Shown here piece by piece: positions 25,938 through 40,025 of a stretch of DNA of 64,000 nt. Positions within the stretch are counted from its first letter, which is position 1; every line of letters begins with the position of its first letter. Made by a program: the position numbers and the translations under genes. Below the pieces are notes generated by a model. The model saw only the letters and a program-made list of their open reading frames with translations. It did not search any database and was not told the DNA's origin. The DNA comes from Toensbergia leucococca (taxonomy: Eukaryota). The DNA is taken from positions 62,001 through 126,000 of the forward strand of contig JALDZS010000002.1 of the NCBI GenBank assembly GCA_022813965.1, in the 5' to 3' direction.

Positions 25938-27234
25938 TCAACCTATTTGGCTGGCGCGTAGGTATCGCGTGAAGCTGTGATCATCCGAGGATGGGTCTGC
26001 CTTGGAGCCTCCCTCGTCCGCCAATGCTTGCTGATACCGCTGTGCAAGACCATCGTCTGCGGACACCTCATCCTTACCTTCTTCACCAACATCCTCCTCG
26101 TCAGGTTCGACCATCTGCGCTTCATCGTCCGACCCTACCTCGTCTTCAATGTCGCTAATAGTGTCAATATCCTGCTTTTGTGCAGCCTGCGCTCGATTCA
26201 ATCCAGCTGAGGATCTCTGACTAGACTCGGACACATTCATGTCCTTCATCAGCTGCCCCAGCTCCTTCTCTCTCTTTTTGCTCTTATCCTGCTGTCTCTC
26301 GTGTCTGCGTTTCTCGAGCTCAGGCTTATAGTCCTTCTCAAATTCTTTTGCTTTTTCGCCCACTGCTTCGAAAAACTCATCCACACCTTTTCCAGTCATA
26401 GAACTCACCCCGACCACACTTAGATGCCGGTAGAATTCTTCCAACATTAGACTCATGCTGTTTAGTAGAGATCCCATGTATCCACTCCCGCCCCCCAAAC
26501 CTCCATTTCCGCCTTCCACACCACCAAAGCTGCCTTCCTCCTCTTCTCGCCTTAAGGCAGCTTGAAATGCTTCAAAATCGGTCATCCACTCCTTTGCAAA
26601 TTCTGCGTCCTTGACGTCCGTTTTGTTGAACACCAAAATCATTGGCAATTTAGTCTTGTAAAGTATGCTGCAGGCATATAACATGTTACTCATGAATGTG
26701 CTTGTAGAGCTGGTCCTTGGCGTATCGATAATGTACGCTATGACTGTAGGAAATGTTGACGCAAGCGAATCGAGTAGTATGCTTCCTGATGCACTCCATA
26801 CGAATACTTCAATCTGCCCAGGGGTATCGATGAGTATGTGCTTAATTGGCTTTGCATTGGGAGCTTCTGGGTTAGGAGTTGTGCGTTTCTCCAATAATGT
26901 AATAACTTGGTCTACCTTGGTGGCGAACAGATTGAGGGACGTGAGGATGCCGCCATTAGGACCAAGATTATACTGTTTCATAACCTCTTTATAGTTGACC
27001 GAGTCTCGGATGTCAATATTACAATCGAATGGGACATTTCGCACAGCAGGGTCTAGATTTATGATGTATGGTGGCTCTCGTTTGGAATGGAGGTGGGAAT
27101 TGATTCGCTGCATGAAGGTGGTCTTGCCCGAACCTGCGACAGCAAGAGGATTTAGCCAGGCAAAGGGATGAAAATAGGGTTGAATAGTCACCAGCCATGC
27201 CGACGCAAACGACAGCCACTGGCGAAGTCGCCAT
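25938..27234 (-). CDS. NPA3: GPN-loop GTPase 1
   Basis: GMAG|SGKTT P-loop across an intron, NLDPA, LGPNG, DTPGQIE and NKTD, then an acidic tail. Confidence 0.95.
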
Positions 27235-27492
27235 CAGAGCATCTCGTATTTAGAAAGGCTCGATCACTAGATACTAGTCTATGAATGCAGATAGCATGCT
27301 GAGAAGATAGTTATTGTGAAGTGACTGCTTCATCGTCGCTCATACTTCTTAGACTCCATTCGTTTGAGTGGTGTTGAATACTACGTATTTTTACGAGCCA
27401 CAAAAGATACACAGCCCTATATTCTAGCTTCATCTAACAACTGAGACGGAGTAAAAGTCCTTCAGCTACCGAACAGCTCAAAATCCACAGTA

Positions 27493-29042
27493 ATGACTTT
27501 GGAAGACTTTGAAAAATCTTTAGCAGAAAATAAGAAATCAGAAGAAAAAGAGAGGTCAGGACGCAGCAGCAAGCGCCGGAAACATCACCATCATAAGCAT
27601 CATGACAGTACAGTGGGTTCAGCGGAGGAGATCAAATCACACAATGGACTCAAGCGTGACTCTTGGATGGAGCCTCCATCTTCCTTGGACGTCGATTTTG
27701 GAAGAAATGGTGTCGAGAAGCTTGGAAAGCCTACGGGTGAAAATGTTGATTACGACAAAGTGTTGCTCTCACAAATCAATGAAACTAAGTCTTCACCAGA
27801 GCACGCTGAGCAATTAGATCAGACGGCGTTGAATAGACTCAAGGCACGGATGCTAAAGGCCAGATTACGAGGCTCAGCTGATGCAACAAGTCTAGAAGTT
27901 GAATACAACAGCGCTATAGCATCCATTTCCAGTCGAAAGGACTCCGACGTAGTTGTCCTCGGACCGATGGATAACAGGATGCTCGCTGGGGGTCGCAAAG
28001 GTGAGGTCAAGAATGTTGACAGCAAACGAGGGCGAGAAAGAGGATTGGTGGAGGAAAATGAAGACATGAGCGTAGAAGATATGGTCCGAGAAGAGCGACG
28101 AAGTCGAGGCCAGGTAGGCGGCGAAGGACAGCGGTTTGCTGAAAGGATAGCTAAGGACGGCAAATTTGATAACGATTTGGAGTACATGGATGAGAATGCC
28201 AGCAAACTAGCGAAGCGTGTGCAAAGATCTGAGATCAGCCTCAGGAATACCGCTATATCAGATTTCCAAAAGATCAATCGTATCCTAGATAACTGTCCGC
28301 TATGCCACCACGAAGATACCGACACTCCGCCTATAGCGCCAATAGTGTCGCTTGCTACAAGAGTATACCTTACTCTACCTACAGAACCTGAGATCAGTGA
28401 CGGCGGAGCAATTATTGCACCAATTCAACACCGAGGAAATCTTCTAGAATGTGACGATGATGAGTGGGAGGAGATCAGAGTAATCCTGTTACTTCTGTAC
28501 CTTCGTCAAGCTATACTGATATCATACAGAACTTTATGAAGAGTCTTATCCGTATGTATCACGATCAGGGCCGAGATGTGATCTTCTACGAAAATGCTGC
28601 GGTCCCACAGCGCAAGAAACATGCCGGTATGGAAGTAGTGCCGCTGCCATATAGCTTAGGGGAGACTGCACCCGCCTTCTTCAAGGAGGCAATCCTTGTT
28701 TCTGACGAAGAATGGACTCAACACAAAAAGCTCATTGATACCCTTTCAAAGGCAAAGCAGGGCCTAGGTAGAACGGCTTTTCGTCGTACGCTAGTAAGAG
28801 AAATGCCTTACTTTCATGTATGGTTTGAAATAGATGGTGGCTTGGGACACATTGTTGAAGATGCCAATCGATGGCCTAAAGGTGATCTTTTTGCAAGGGA
28901 GATTATAGGGGGCATGCTTGATAGAGAGCCTGACATCATTAAGAGGCAAGGTCGATGGAATAGAGGTGGCGATAGTAGGGTTGATGGATTCCGAAGGCGA
29001 TGGAAAAAGTTTGACTGGACAAGGGTCTTGACAGAGACATGA
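27493..29042 (+). CDS. CWF19: CwfJ-family pre-mRNA splicing factor (Cwf19/CWF19L2-like)
   Basis: CPLC...ECDDDEWEEIR|NFMKSL...FKEAILVSDEEWTQHKK...PYFHVWF...FDWT. One intron at about 28480-28530. Confidence 0.88.
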
Positions 29043-31519
29043 CTGGACTCATTAATGTTCGGAAGCAAGATAATCTTCATCATAGCTTTGTCACAACGTT
29101 GGAGGGAATCTTTCCCGCTGAAGATCCCTGACTCTCGTCTTAACTCTAATTTGACACTTTAGCGGGATAGAAAAGATAATAGTTTGGAATCACTGTCCAA
29201 AGCCGTTGACCAACAAATAGAGCGGAGAGTTCATTGGCAGCATTCAATTTTTTCCTCTCTGCCGTTTGACCGAGCCAAAGACCAAGCTGGAACAGCGTCT
29301 TGAGATCGAACTTCCTAGGCAAATCGGCTCAGCAGCATCCGTTCTCATGCTAAGTTCTCGTTTACTTGCCTCGGGCCGCTTACCTAGATCGTTCCTAAGA
29401 TATCCGTTCCAAGAACCCAGGTCAATATCTCTGTTATCTAAGCCGATTTCTAAGCAAACCTTGCGAACGAACCCAAATCTTACTCCTCCGTACGCAGAGC
29501 AGTATAAGATGGGTGATGTCACGTCCTGGAGAGATGGTTGTAGAAAATGTGAGAAATGGACATATATTTCCTCATGGATTCACAGTTCGTAGCGAACAGG
29601 CCAACCTGACATCAAAATCGGACCTTTTTGGTTGCACGAGAGTCTTTGACCAGTAGGCGGTATTCCGTCTGGCCGCCACGAGTGTGGAACGCTACTTGTT
29701 TCCGATGTATCATAAATGCTGCTTTCCGTATTTCACGAGGTCGTCCGAGCATTTTCCATGGGGCCGGGTCCTCATGAACGGCGTGCCTTGGAGCCCACCG
29801 CTGCAGGTAGCCTGTAGCGTCGTCGCTTCACAACGGGTATTAGATGATCTACAACGAAGTAGGGTCGGTTGTTTGGATTGCGATCCCTGATCTGCAACGG
29901 TGCCTAGTTAGAAGCACCGGGTGTAATTTGAGGCGGTTTAGTTCTTGCAAGCGGTAGTGGTGCGTCAGGTACCTTCCCACCAAGCATCTGCATGGAAGGT
30001 ACTCTGCAAAGCATGTTGTGCGTCACTCAGCTTGACATGTTTCAAGACAGAAGCGAGTCTTAACTTCCGCATCGACAGCGAGATCGACAGCGACTTATGA
30101 TAGCTGCATTAGAAAGAGCCTGAAGTATGTTGACGCATGACATAGATGACTTGCAGGATGCTTCCAAGCCCATTGGCTTGTTGCCGCAGACAATGGGCCT
30201 GTAATATGTCTTTACCCCGGAATGGGGAGGTTCAACGGTCGCTTCTGAGTCTCAGGATACGGTCCAATCCCAACAATGACAGCAGAGAGCCGTCCAAATG
30301 ATTCCAAGTAAATCTTCCTGGACGCCTTTTACATGACGACCGTTGAGCTTTGAATTGCTGCGGCCTATCTCATTCCAGAGGGTGCAAGATAAACTTAGCG
30401 CACCCGCCCCCACGGAGATTGCCTCATTCAAATTTTCAGTGGAAGTGATCCTCCATCTCCTGCTCAACTCCGTATTCCACTCACTAGGAATCTCATCGGC
30501 GGAACTGCCAATCCTTAACTACTCTCTAGGGGTGGAAGGGAGACTTGACGTTATAATAGCCCTTCGGTTAGAGCGGTCGCTTGTAGTCGCGTAGAAAATG
30601 CTCGATTCGAGAAAATTCGAAGGCTGGTGAGTTGAGTTTTACTTTCGTCCTTGGTCACAGCCGGCCCAACCAGCATCGACGTCGTTGAGACGAGGCGTTG
30701 CATATGCGCGGGTAGGGTAGACGGACTCCGGTACCTAGACTACTGCTGCAAGTCCAATATGACCGACTCGGAGAGCAAGCTTTTCGAGTTACCTGATGTA
30801 TCAGCAGACCGTGAGCAGAGGCCCATGGAGGTAGTCGTACATGTCGGCCATGGTCTCACCAATACAAGTGGACCTGCGGCCAACAGAGAACAATACTTGA
30901 TACATCAGTATCACGGCCAAAGTGCTACCATAGTCCCAAGGCATCCTCCAATGAAGGAGACGGATCGAGCCTCGGGTCATCATCTCACTCCTTACTCATT
31001 GTCACCCATAACAAGCCATTGTTCCCAAATTTGCTGGAGCAACACTTGACTGTGGGACAAGGATGACTACGAAGTCTGAGCTTCGCTCTTAAGCTAACTC
31101 TTGTCTGTTTAGGATACTGTTCCTTGACTTTCACTACTCCGCAACTTCAGCCTACCTCTTAGGTAGACTCTGCCGCAGTGGAGGTCAAAAGTGAAAGACA
31201 TGCAATAACACTAGTCCACATTCAGCCCAGGATTACGTTTCAAAATCTTTCTCTTGGATCACCATCCCGAATCCCGCGCATCTTCTCCCCCTTCGACGAT
31301 AATCATTTGCAAACCTCGCTTGAACACTCAGCTTATCCCCGCCCTAGAATAATACCCGAAACCTCATGGCGTATCAAGCGTCATGGTAATGCTGCACTTT
31401 GACGCGATCTCTTCAACCCAGCACTAAAGTGAATTCTTAGATTCACGCCACTACTGTCACTGCATGAGCAAGGTGCACACCCACAGTACCCCAACCCCCT
31501 CACCGCCGGACTTCTGGAC

Positions 31520-33657
31520 ATGGCACAACAGAACAACAATCAATCGCGTCAATCAACCTCTTATCCATCACCTCACTCTTATCCATCCCCGTCTATGTCA
31601 GGCTACGCGTACCCACCACCCACACAAGGCCAGGGCACCGAGGCATACCGAGCCTCGCCAACAGACTCGCACGTGTCGCTGCCATCATTAAGCTTGCCTC
31701 CTATTCGAACCATCGACGGTAGACCACAGTCGCAGCAGCAGCAATCGGCACCACCGACAACACAAGCCCCTAGCAGTTCAGCTTCAATGGGATCGCCCCT
31801 GCCACCAGCAATAGGCCAGTACTACCACAACCAAGGTCAATCACTCCCACCTCCATCTCAACACATGAACGTCACCTCGGATCCGAATCAACCACTCCGG
31901 TACCCACTTCCAGCGTCAGATGGGAGGATTATGTCTGGGGGAAGACACAAGAAAGAAATCAAGCGGAGGACCAAGACAGGCTGTCTGACTTGTCGCAAAC
32001 GGCGAATAAAGGTATGTGGATAGATTGCCTGGGTCTCGCACAGTCTCTGGACCACGACTCTCTTTTTCCATGATGCAGTGTAGTTGTATTCGTTTAGCAT
32101 TTACCGAGTTTCTCTCTTTCGCTTTGCGATCGGTTAACAAGCGAGGTGTCACTACCTTAAGTATCAACTACTTGACGGCACTCCATCATTCCCACATTTT
32201 ACTCATAGAGTTTCCGACCCTCGCTGACAACTGATTTCTTTCTTGCATAGTGTGACGAAGCACATCCAACGTGTCGAAACTGTCAAAAGAGCAAACGAGA
32301 GTGCCTAGGTTACGACCCAATCTTCAAGTCACAACCTGGTCCTGCAGCTATCCAGCCTGCCCTCAGTGCTGCGCCCACCATGCAAGCCTCAGCTGCAAGC
32401 TCATCGTCCTACCCGCCTCCACCACAAGGCTACATATCGGCGGCAGCCAATCAAGCTTATGCACCGACGCACTCGGCGGGCGTAAGCTCACCAGACTCAT
32501 CAGTCGAACCTTACGATTATAGCGCAGCTATAGATCCAGCATTGGAGGGAGCCGGTACATCACAGCTGCAAGCTCCACCAGCTCCATATGATGGGGCGCA
32601 GGATTTTAGGCAGGACCTTAAGGGAGGTTTAGGTAATGATAGTCCATATTCGTCTGGCACATTGGATCCACAAGATAACAGGGGTGGAGTCTCTGTCAAG
32701 CGGGATTCTGTTGTCAAACCCGAACCATATTCTCTTAGTGATGATTCGAAGGTGCTCACTCCTGCTGACAACAATTCTCCAGCAAAGCGCACTAAGATCG
32801 ACGACCTCCTTGCTCTTGGAGGGGTTCATCCTCCACTACCTACGCCACCCACGTCGATATCACCTGCCAAGTATGATGAGATCAAGAACATATACACGAA
32901 AATGTACGCTTCGAGCATCGACAAATTTTTAGAGACAGGTTGGTTCCAGCTAAAGGGACTAAACCATCTATTGCACGACGGTCGTTTGTGCGAGCAGTTC
33001 TCAGCTTTGATTGACCGGTTTTCCATCACGCCACAAAACGATCAGGATTATCGAGTGACTGCTATGACTCAAAGCTTGGAAGCTGCTGTCATCTGGGCGA
33101 TAATGGGTCTTTGCCGACGCGTAGCTTCTACACCAAATCCAACTAACGGGCAAGTCAACTATTTGGAAATCAGGGATGGAGTGCATGATGCTGTCAAGAG
33201 ATTGGATATATTCGAGAATCTGGTCACGGGCCAGTATCTTGATACGGATCCACCAAAAACGGAAAATACCCGCAACGGCACAGTCTTTGACGACCAACTC
33301 AAATTCCGCGAACGGGAATTCTGGCGTCTTATGGAAAAGTTCCTTACCATACGAGATGATGAAGCGAGTTCGGCAAAAGAGATTGATGACACTCTTCAAT
33401 CGTGCCGTAATCTTCTTGACAGCCGGGAAAACCGTGATGTCATTTATTCAATTGCGATTGCTCGACACATCGGGCAACGCGTGGCAGAGTTCCCAGATAA
33501 TCTACAACAGCCTGAGAGCAACGACGAGAAAGATGCGAGGGCGAAACTTTTTGTAGCGAAGCGATTCATTGAGGACGAAGCGAACGGCAAAGCGACTAAC
33601 CAGGTTATGCAGAGACTGTGTGGAATGGCAATGAGGTCGTGGACAGTGAGACGGTAA
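31520..33657 (+). CDS. Zn(II)2Cys6 transcription factor
   Basis: RRTKTGCLTCRKRRIK|CDEAHPTCRNCQKSKRECLGY across the intron 32012-32250. P/Q/S-rich N-terminus. Confidence 0.92.
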
Positions 33658-34362
33658 TGAGAAAGCTGCAAGGCTCGGGGTTCACCAGCCAAGTGAGACT
33701 TTCAGGCATGAATGGGTGAATTTTGTCACTGTACCACAACAGGTCTTGTCGACAGTCGGGATGACTTTGTTGACAGCATGTGAGTAGCAGGTAAGCTATT
33801 GCTGTACGACCATGGTCGACAAGGCAATGGCTGGACCAAAAAGGAGGGCATGCACGGAGCTGTAGTAGGGCTTAGCATAGTGTAGCATTATTTACTCTAG
33901 CTTCCTGTCAGCGGGAAGACATGGCGAATTTAATTTGTTGCTTCAATGGTGCATGCATCCTATTTGAAGCGATTGAGCTAGCAAATACACCAAATTCTCC
34001 TCTCGACCATCTGTGATGGGCCGGCCAATATGTGGTAGTACTGCGTCCCAACAACAGGCCTCGAGTGCAATCAGCCAGGCTACGTAGGTAAGTATACTCT
34101 ACTTAGCCCAGGACATAGGCAAGGAACTTGAGATAAGTTATCTTGATGCCCCTAGTTTTCCGGGCGACCAGGATGTTTTCCGTCCATCAAGGATCCGGGG
34201 GTGAACAGGCCACTCCAGGACTGCTATCTGTTTCATCATGCCCTACTCCCCTTGAAGCCTGAATGAATTGGCTTTTCTACAATTGGAAAGAGGAAAAGAA
34301 AGCGAAAAAGTCAAAAGTCAGCAGTCGAGAGTGTACCAGGAGGCAGGAGGAGAAAGTGCACC

Positions 34363-36115
34363 ATGGCCTCGTCCAAACCCCGTGTCCTGCTCCTCGGAGA
34401 AATAGTCCAGTGTGTTGCTCCCAAAACCCTACCCCAACTAACCCTTGGCTCTCCTAACAAAAACTCCCCGCGGGGCCAATCAATATAATCTCCCTCTCGA
34501 CATTTCTAACGCCGCCCTCCTAGCCAAGCCGCCCGTGACGACTGGCACTCGCTGGCCTCGATTGCTGACCTTGTCACCACCAATGCCACTACCAGAGCCG
34601 AATTCATCCACGAGTGCCGCAGTGGAGCATTGGATGGTGTCGTTGCTACCTACCGTACCTTTCACAGTGTTCAGATTACGGGCCGTGTAGATGAAGAGCT
34701 GGTTGACGCCTTGCCATCGTCGCTGAAGTTTGTTTGTCACACTGGTGCGTTGAGTCTGTTTCGTTTGGTTTTTGCAAGCCTTCAAGATTGAGGTCTTCCA
34801 AGTATTGGAAACGAGACAGTTTGTGGTGCACTATTTCTTTTATCCAGCATGATTCTGCCGAATTCCTCGCAATCCTTTTACATTGATTTATTATCTTTTC
34901 CATTTACAGGCCGACACATTTAGCTTTTGCTGTATCCTCTAGTCCCCTGATTTTTGCTTAGGCGCTGGTTACGATCAAATCGATGTCGCCGTATGCACAG
35001 CTCATTCCATCCACGTGTCGAACGTCCCCACCGCCGTCGACGATGCTACGGCCGACACGACTCTTTTCCTCATGCTCGGCGCCTTGCGAGGTTTCAATCA
35101 GGGTATCCAGAATCTACGCAACGGTAAATGGCTCGGCCACCCTCCCCTTGACCTTGGTCATGATCCGGAAGGAAAAATCCTTGGAATTTTAGGCATGGGA
35201 GGTATTGGGCGGAATCTTAAGGCCAAGGCCGAGGCATTCGGTATGAAGGTTCAGTACTTCAATCGGAACGAGCTGCCCGAGGAGAAGAGTGGCGGGGCCA
35301 AGTATGTGGGGTTTGAAGAGCTGTTGAGTACAAGTGATGTGATTAGTTTGAATTTGCCCCTGAATGTGAGTGCTAAATCTCTGATGTTGATGATTAAGAA
35401 ATTTCAATTACTATCAAGTGTACTAGCTTCCAAGCACTTATTTTTGTTACATTTTCTACTCGTCACTCCAATCGTTGTACTTCCTGTTTATTCTTCATGA
35501 AGTGGAATTTCCACGCAACCGAAGCCCCTTCACTCCTCTTCTCCCCACCCACTAATTTTAAGCCTCCTCTCCTATAACTAACCCCTCTCCCCCACCACAG
35601 AAACAAACCCGTCACATCCTCTCCGCCCCCGAATTCGCCAAAATGAAATCGGGCGTCACGATCGTCAACACGGCTCGCGGCGCCATCATCGACGAAGCTG
35701 CCCTTGTCGAAGCTCTCGACAGTGGTAAAGTCCGCTCCTGCGGCCTGGACGTTTATGAACACGAACCGGAAATCCATCCGGGGCTGGTGGCGAACCCGAA
35801 TGTGATTTTGTTGCCACATATGGGGACTTTTACTGTTGAGGTGAGTTTTTACTTCAAGGGACGTTGCATTTGGGTTGAAGAAGGGGCGTTGTTATGTCAA
35901 TCCTTCTTCACTTTTTGGATTCCACAAGAGCCTCTTCTCTTGTGCTTTCCATAGTTACTCTCTTCTTCCTTCCCCCTTCGTCACTAACACCCCACCCCAC
36001 CAATCCACAGACACAAGAAGCAATGGAACGCTGGAACATTTCCAACGTGCGCCTAGCCGTCGAAAAGGGCAAGCTGCGCAGCCCCGTCCCCGAGCAAGCG
36101 GATATGGCTTGGTGA
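34363..36115 (+). CDS. D-isomer-specific 2-hydroxyacid dehydrogenase (glyoxylate reductase-like)
   Basis: GAGYDQID, GILGMGGIG, NTARG, GLDVYEHEP and LLPHMGT motifs over five exons. Confidence 0.92.
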
Positions 36116-36313
36116 GATCCACCCCCTGCCCCCTTCGTCCATATACTTGCCGTCGTTCAGGGGCATTGCGAGAAGTGAGAGCTGGGTTTGATGGAGCGAT
36201 CCTGGTGATAGATGAGACTTTTCAGTTTTGGAGGATGCTCGAGAAGGAGGGGTTGATAGTGAAGGGAGGGGGTGTGTATATTGTTTGAATGGGTTTAGAA
36301 GATCTTTTTGCCT

Positions 36314-36480
36314 CGCGCGCGCGTGTGTGTATGTGTATGTGTGTCCGTGAGAGAGATCCCCCCCCACAACCCCCCCATCCATCCATCCATCCCCTCAACC
36401 CCCTCCCCCCCATCTCTCATCCCACCCACCCCCCCAAAAAAAAACAAAAAAACAACAAAAACAGCAAAAAAAAACTCCAC
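36314..36480. repeat. Simple repeats: (CG)n(TG/TATG)n, (CATC)n, and C/A runs between convergent genes
   Basis: Read directly from the sequence. Confidence 0.7.
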
Positions 36481-37365
36481 TTACAACCCCGAACCTTACC
36501 CCAAGCTCCAAAGCCCACAAATTCCACAACTACACACGCCCTTTTTTAAGTTGCAGGTTTAGGCGTTCCCCACTTTGAAAAGATTCCCCATCGGGTTCGA
36601 ATCGGCACCCTTTTTTCTCTTGCTTGAGTTGAATTTTCGGAGCTGCGCGCATATACCATCACTGTATCCGTAAATTGGCCCTTTATACAAAACGGCTCAA
36701 TTGCTTCAAGTGCTCAGCTGCTCAAGCCCAGAAGAATCTGGAGACCCGAAAATTTTTTGGTGGTGTTCATCTTACTAGAAATTCCCTCTCTCTCATTCTC
36801 TTCTACCTCCCCGATTCTGCGTCCAGATTTTGGCCCAATTCGTACCTTTTTTTTTCCAAATGTTCGTTTTCGCAACATCCGAGAGGTTTTTGAAGGGGGG
36901 GGGATAGGAATGAGAAGGAGGAGGTGTAGCTTAATCGTAAGATGAGTGGGGAAGTGCTATTGTAAAAGATTCAAGAACGCTTGTATTTATATGGGTTGGA
37001 GAGTGTGATCTTCGTACCCCGACTGATAACAACCCGACGATGTCTTCGCCTGCTCCTTTTATAGAATCTAACATCTACAGTAATCCTACATACATACACA
37101 CATGCACCTGACCCCTCACTAAACGACCTCAACACCCCCGTCCACAACAAGCCAGAGTTCCCCATCCCTTCAGAAACACTCAAGCCACCCCCCTCCCGGA
37201 CCTCCTCAATGAAGTCCTCTTCCCTCCAACCTCCTCTCCCTCCTTCTCGTCAACTTCCCCAACCTTCTTCTTCAACGTCATGACACCCCAACCCCCTTCA
37301 CTCGCCTCTACATTATCGCCCCAGAACGGCCCTCTGTCAGTCCAGGGATTATGTGTGGTCGGGTT

Positions 37366-39224
37366 TTAGTTCTTGGAAACAATAACCCTCCCCCTCCTCC
37401 CCGTCAAGCCCCACCTTTTCGCCACTTCCTCGCCTTCAGAAAGCTCTCTCTGCCTCTTTGGGGCCTGCTTTCGCTTTTTGGGAGCTGGGGCGCTGGATTC
37501 GGCGGCTGGGATGGCGGCACTGGGAGGGGCGGCGCGTTTCTTGGTGGTGGCCTTTTTCTGCGCGAGGGGGGCTGGGTTGGTGTCGTCGTCGTCGTCGTCG
37601 TCGTCGGCGGTTTCAATTCTTGTGTCGGTGGCTTTCTTGCTGCGCGATTTGATGGGGTTCTTTTTGCTAGGGGCCGTTGGCTTAGATTCGATTGTGGTGG
37701 CGCCGTTGGCGATATCTTCGTCGTTATCCTCGCGGGTCTCACTTTCGGCGGTTTCTGCTTTCTTGCCCCGAGCTCTAGTGGGTTTCTTCTTGTTGGGTTC
37801 CGGTTTTTTTCCCTCCATATTCTTCGCATCCTCCTCACCATCCTCTGCATCATCATCAACGGCATCATCTGCAGTCTTCTTCTTCCCACCCTTCTTCTTT
37901 GCCTCACCTGTCACTGCTCCGGTTTTCTTTTGCACGCTCGGTATCACCGCGCTAGTCCTCCCGCCCACCGTCACGAATTCAATCTTGGCGCCATTTGGCA
38001 GGTTCTTGGGAGCGTCTTTCTTGCCTTTGCCCCAGCGATGCTTAAAAAGCCATGTTTCGGGAAATTGGCTCGAGTCAGCAAGGGTGGAGACGGCGGTGGA
38101 CGTGATGTGGAGGATGGATGTGTGGAGTTGGTGGATTTGCTCAGGGGTAAGTGTGTTACTGTATTGCTCTGGGTGGATTTGGGCATCGTAGAGGATCTCG
38201 TCGCTGGAAGCATGTTTAGTTGAGCAATCAAAGGATGGATGAGATGAGCCCCGTCACGTACCCAACCCAATTCCCTATCCCGCTGATATTCGCCTGGTCC
38301 AACAAAAGTGCTTTCACAGGAATTTTCTTACTCGCCATCTTCTCAGCCAGCCATTCCTCTGTCACAATATCCCTATCAATCACCGGATCTGGTCCATTCT
38401 CCACGAGCGGAGAAGTCTGCCGAATATCCTCAGCCACGCAGTCCAGCAATCTTATACGCGCGAACCTTCGAAGGTCGACGAAAGCGGCCTCGCATTTTGG
38501 TTTTTCGGCGGTTTCCAGGGTGAATTTCCAGTACTTTGGTGGCCAGATTGACTCTTCGGGTTTGGTGGGTTTGTAGTAGGCTGTTTCTTCATTGCGAATT
38601 TTCCACCAGCCGGCCATACCAAAGTGGAAGACTGGGTGGGGGGGCGAGGACATGATCAGCCTGCAGAGATAGTCAGTCGATGAGTCTCTGTAAAGTTTAG
38701 AGGCGAGAGCATTTGAATAGGGGATTGATATGGCATCGCGCGACAGGCGTGAGAAGGATACACTGCTGATTGCAATTTTCTTTTTCCCGGACATTGAAGA
38801 TTCTCGCTTCTGAGCAATTGGAGCTCCACTTCAAGGTACGGTTATCCTTTCAATCGAGGCAGAGTATTGAGTTCATCATGGCTTCACACCATGGATGATA
38901 TTTGGACTGTGTACATGTGCGTTTCGAAAGATCAACAAGTCCTACTTAAAGGAAAGGTTACCCATAGCATACCAGAAATATTTGCCCTGTTGACCAGCAT
39001 CGAGTATTTTCTTCCCCATCAAGGCTTTCTCGAATTCCGCAGCCGTGGTACCAACTTTACCGAAGACATTTTCATCGTGTTGTGCTTTGACTACTGCCAG
39101 AGTCTTGCCGACGAGATGCTTGTGTATGTAACTAACGATACGAGCAACTTGAAAAACATTGGGGTCAGCTCTGACGAGAATTTTGGGATGCCGGTATGTT
39201 TTTACCTTCTCCAATTTCGGGCAT
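37366..39224 (-). CDS. FPG: Formamidopyrimidine-DNA glycosylase (plant/fungal zincless Fpg) with a long K/D/E-rich tail
   Basis: MPEIGE|V N-terminal catalytic motif, GKYFW, HFGMAG, H2TH LLDQANISGIGNWV|DEILY and VGGRTS. Confidence 0.92.
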
Positions 39225-40025
39225 AACGAAAAGTAGATAGTGACTTTGGCTTCCGATTCTAGAAGACGTGAACTGGAGAGAGACACAGAGGTTTGACAAT
39301 TGAAAAGTCGAGACAAGAAGCTAGAAATCTTTCTGCTGTAGTAAATGAAAAAAGATTTATCGATATGAAGCTGCAAAGGCGCGTCAGGGGCTTGAAGAGT
39401 TGAAAGCCTTCTACTATCACTAGCAAGAGCCCAAAACGATGAAGACGCAGAAGACAGATGCGATGGAGATAGTTGAGCCAGGGACAGAATGAAGGCTGAT
39501 GTTGAAGATGCTGTGATATGCTCCACGAGAAGCTCGCGTAGTCTGAGTACGGGCTTGATGAATTTCCGTCCGCGATACTCGTGGTCACGGGAAATGCGGT
39601 AGAATACGCTAACCCAGTCAGGAACACTAGTCATAAGTTCCCTCCTTTTCAACGTCACCTCACCACCATCTTCAAGAAACAATTTACATAGAGTGTCTGA
39701 ACAACTTTCTCCCGAATGACTAGATTGTCACATCTTGAGCATTGGACTAGTCTACCAAGTAGCAGTCTGGCTAGCAACAAATCATATGTATCTAGCTGGA
39801 ACTTTGCTCTCAATGAAAAGAGGCTTTTTGTATGATGACAGAGTGCAGTACGTTTCATGGCTGTACTCTTCGAGTCAAGGAGACCGAGGACAAGTTACTG
39901 GAAAATGCCCTCGAAGATCACGCTGCCAACCTAATATCAACAAGGAATTTGCACTATTGGAAGAGTCCTTGAAATCTTCTGTTTTTTGGGTGGGATATTG
40001 ACCTTGTGGTGTCTGATTTGGAAGA

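Noticed and set aside
36560..36616. GGTTCGAATC B-box followed by T6, suggesting a tRNA or SINE
   Set aside because: No T-stem, acceptor stem or A-box can be formed. At most it is an isolated TFIIIC-like site.
37351..38223. Long antisense ORFs over Fpg (similar ones lie over TRP4, TIM54, TBCE and 61484-62113)
   Set aside because: These are shadow frames of GC-rich, skewed coding sequence with no independent protein signal.
39240..39860. ORF 38942..39682 as an N-terminal extension of Fpg or a separate gene
   Set aside because: Fpg needs its N-terminal Pro (MPE at 39224). The upstream frame has no recognisable motif and may be an unidentifiable relic.
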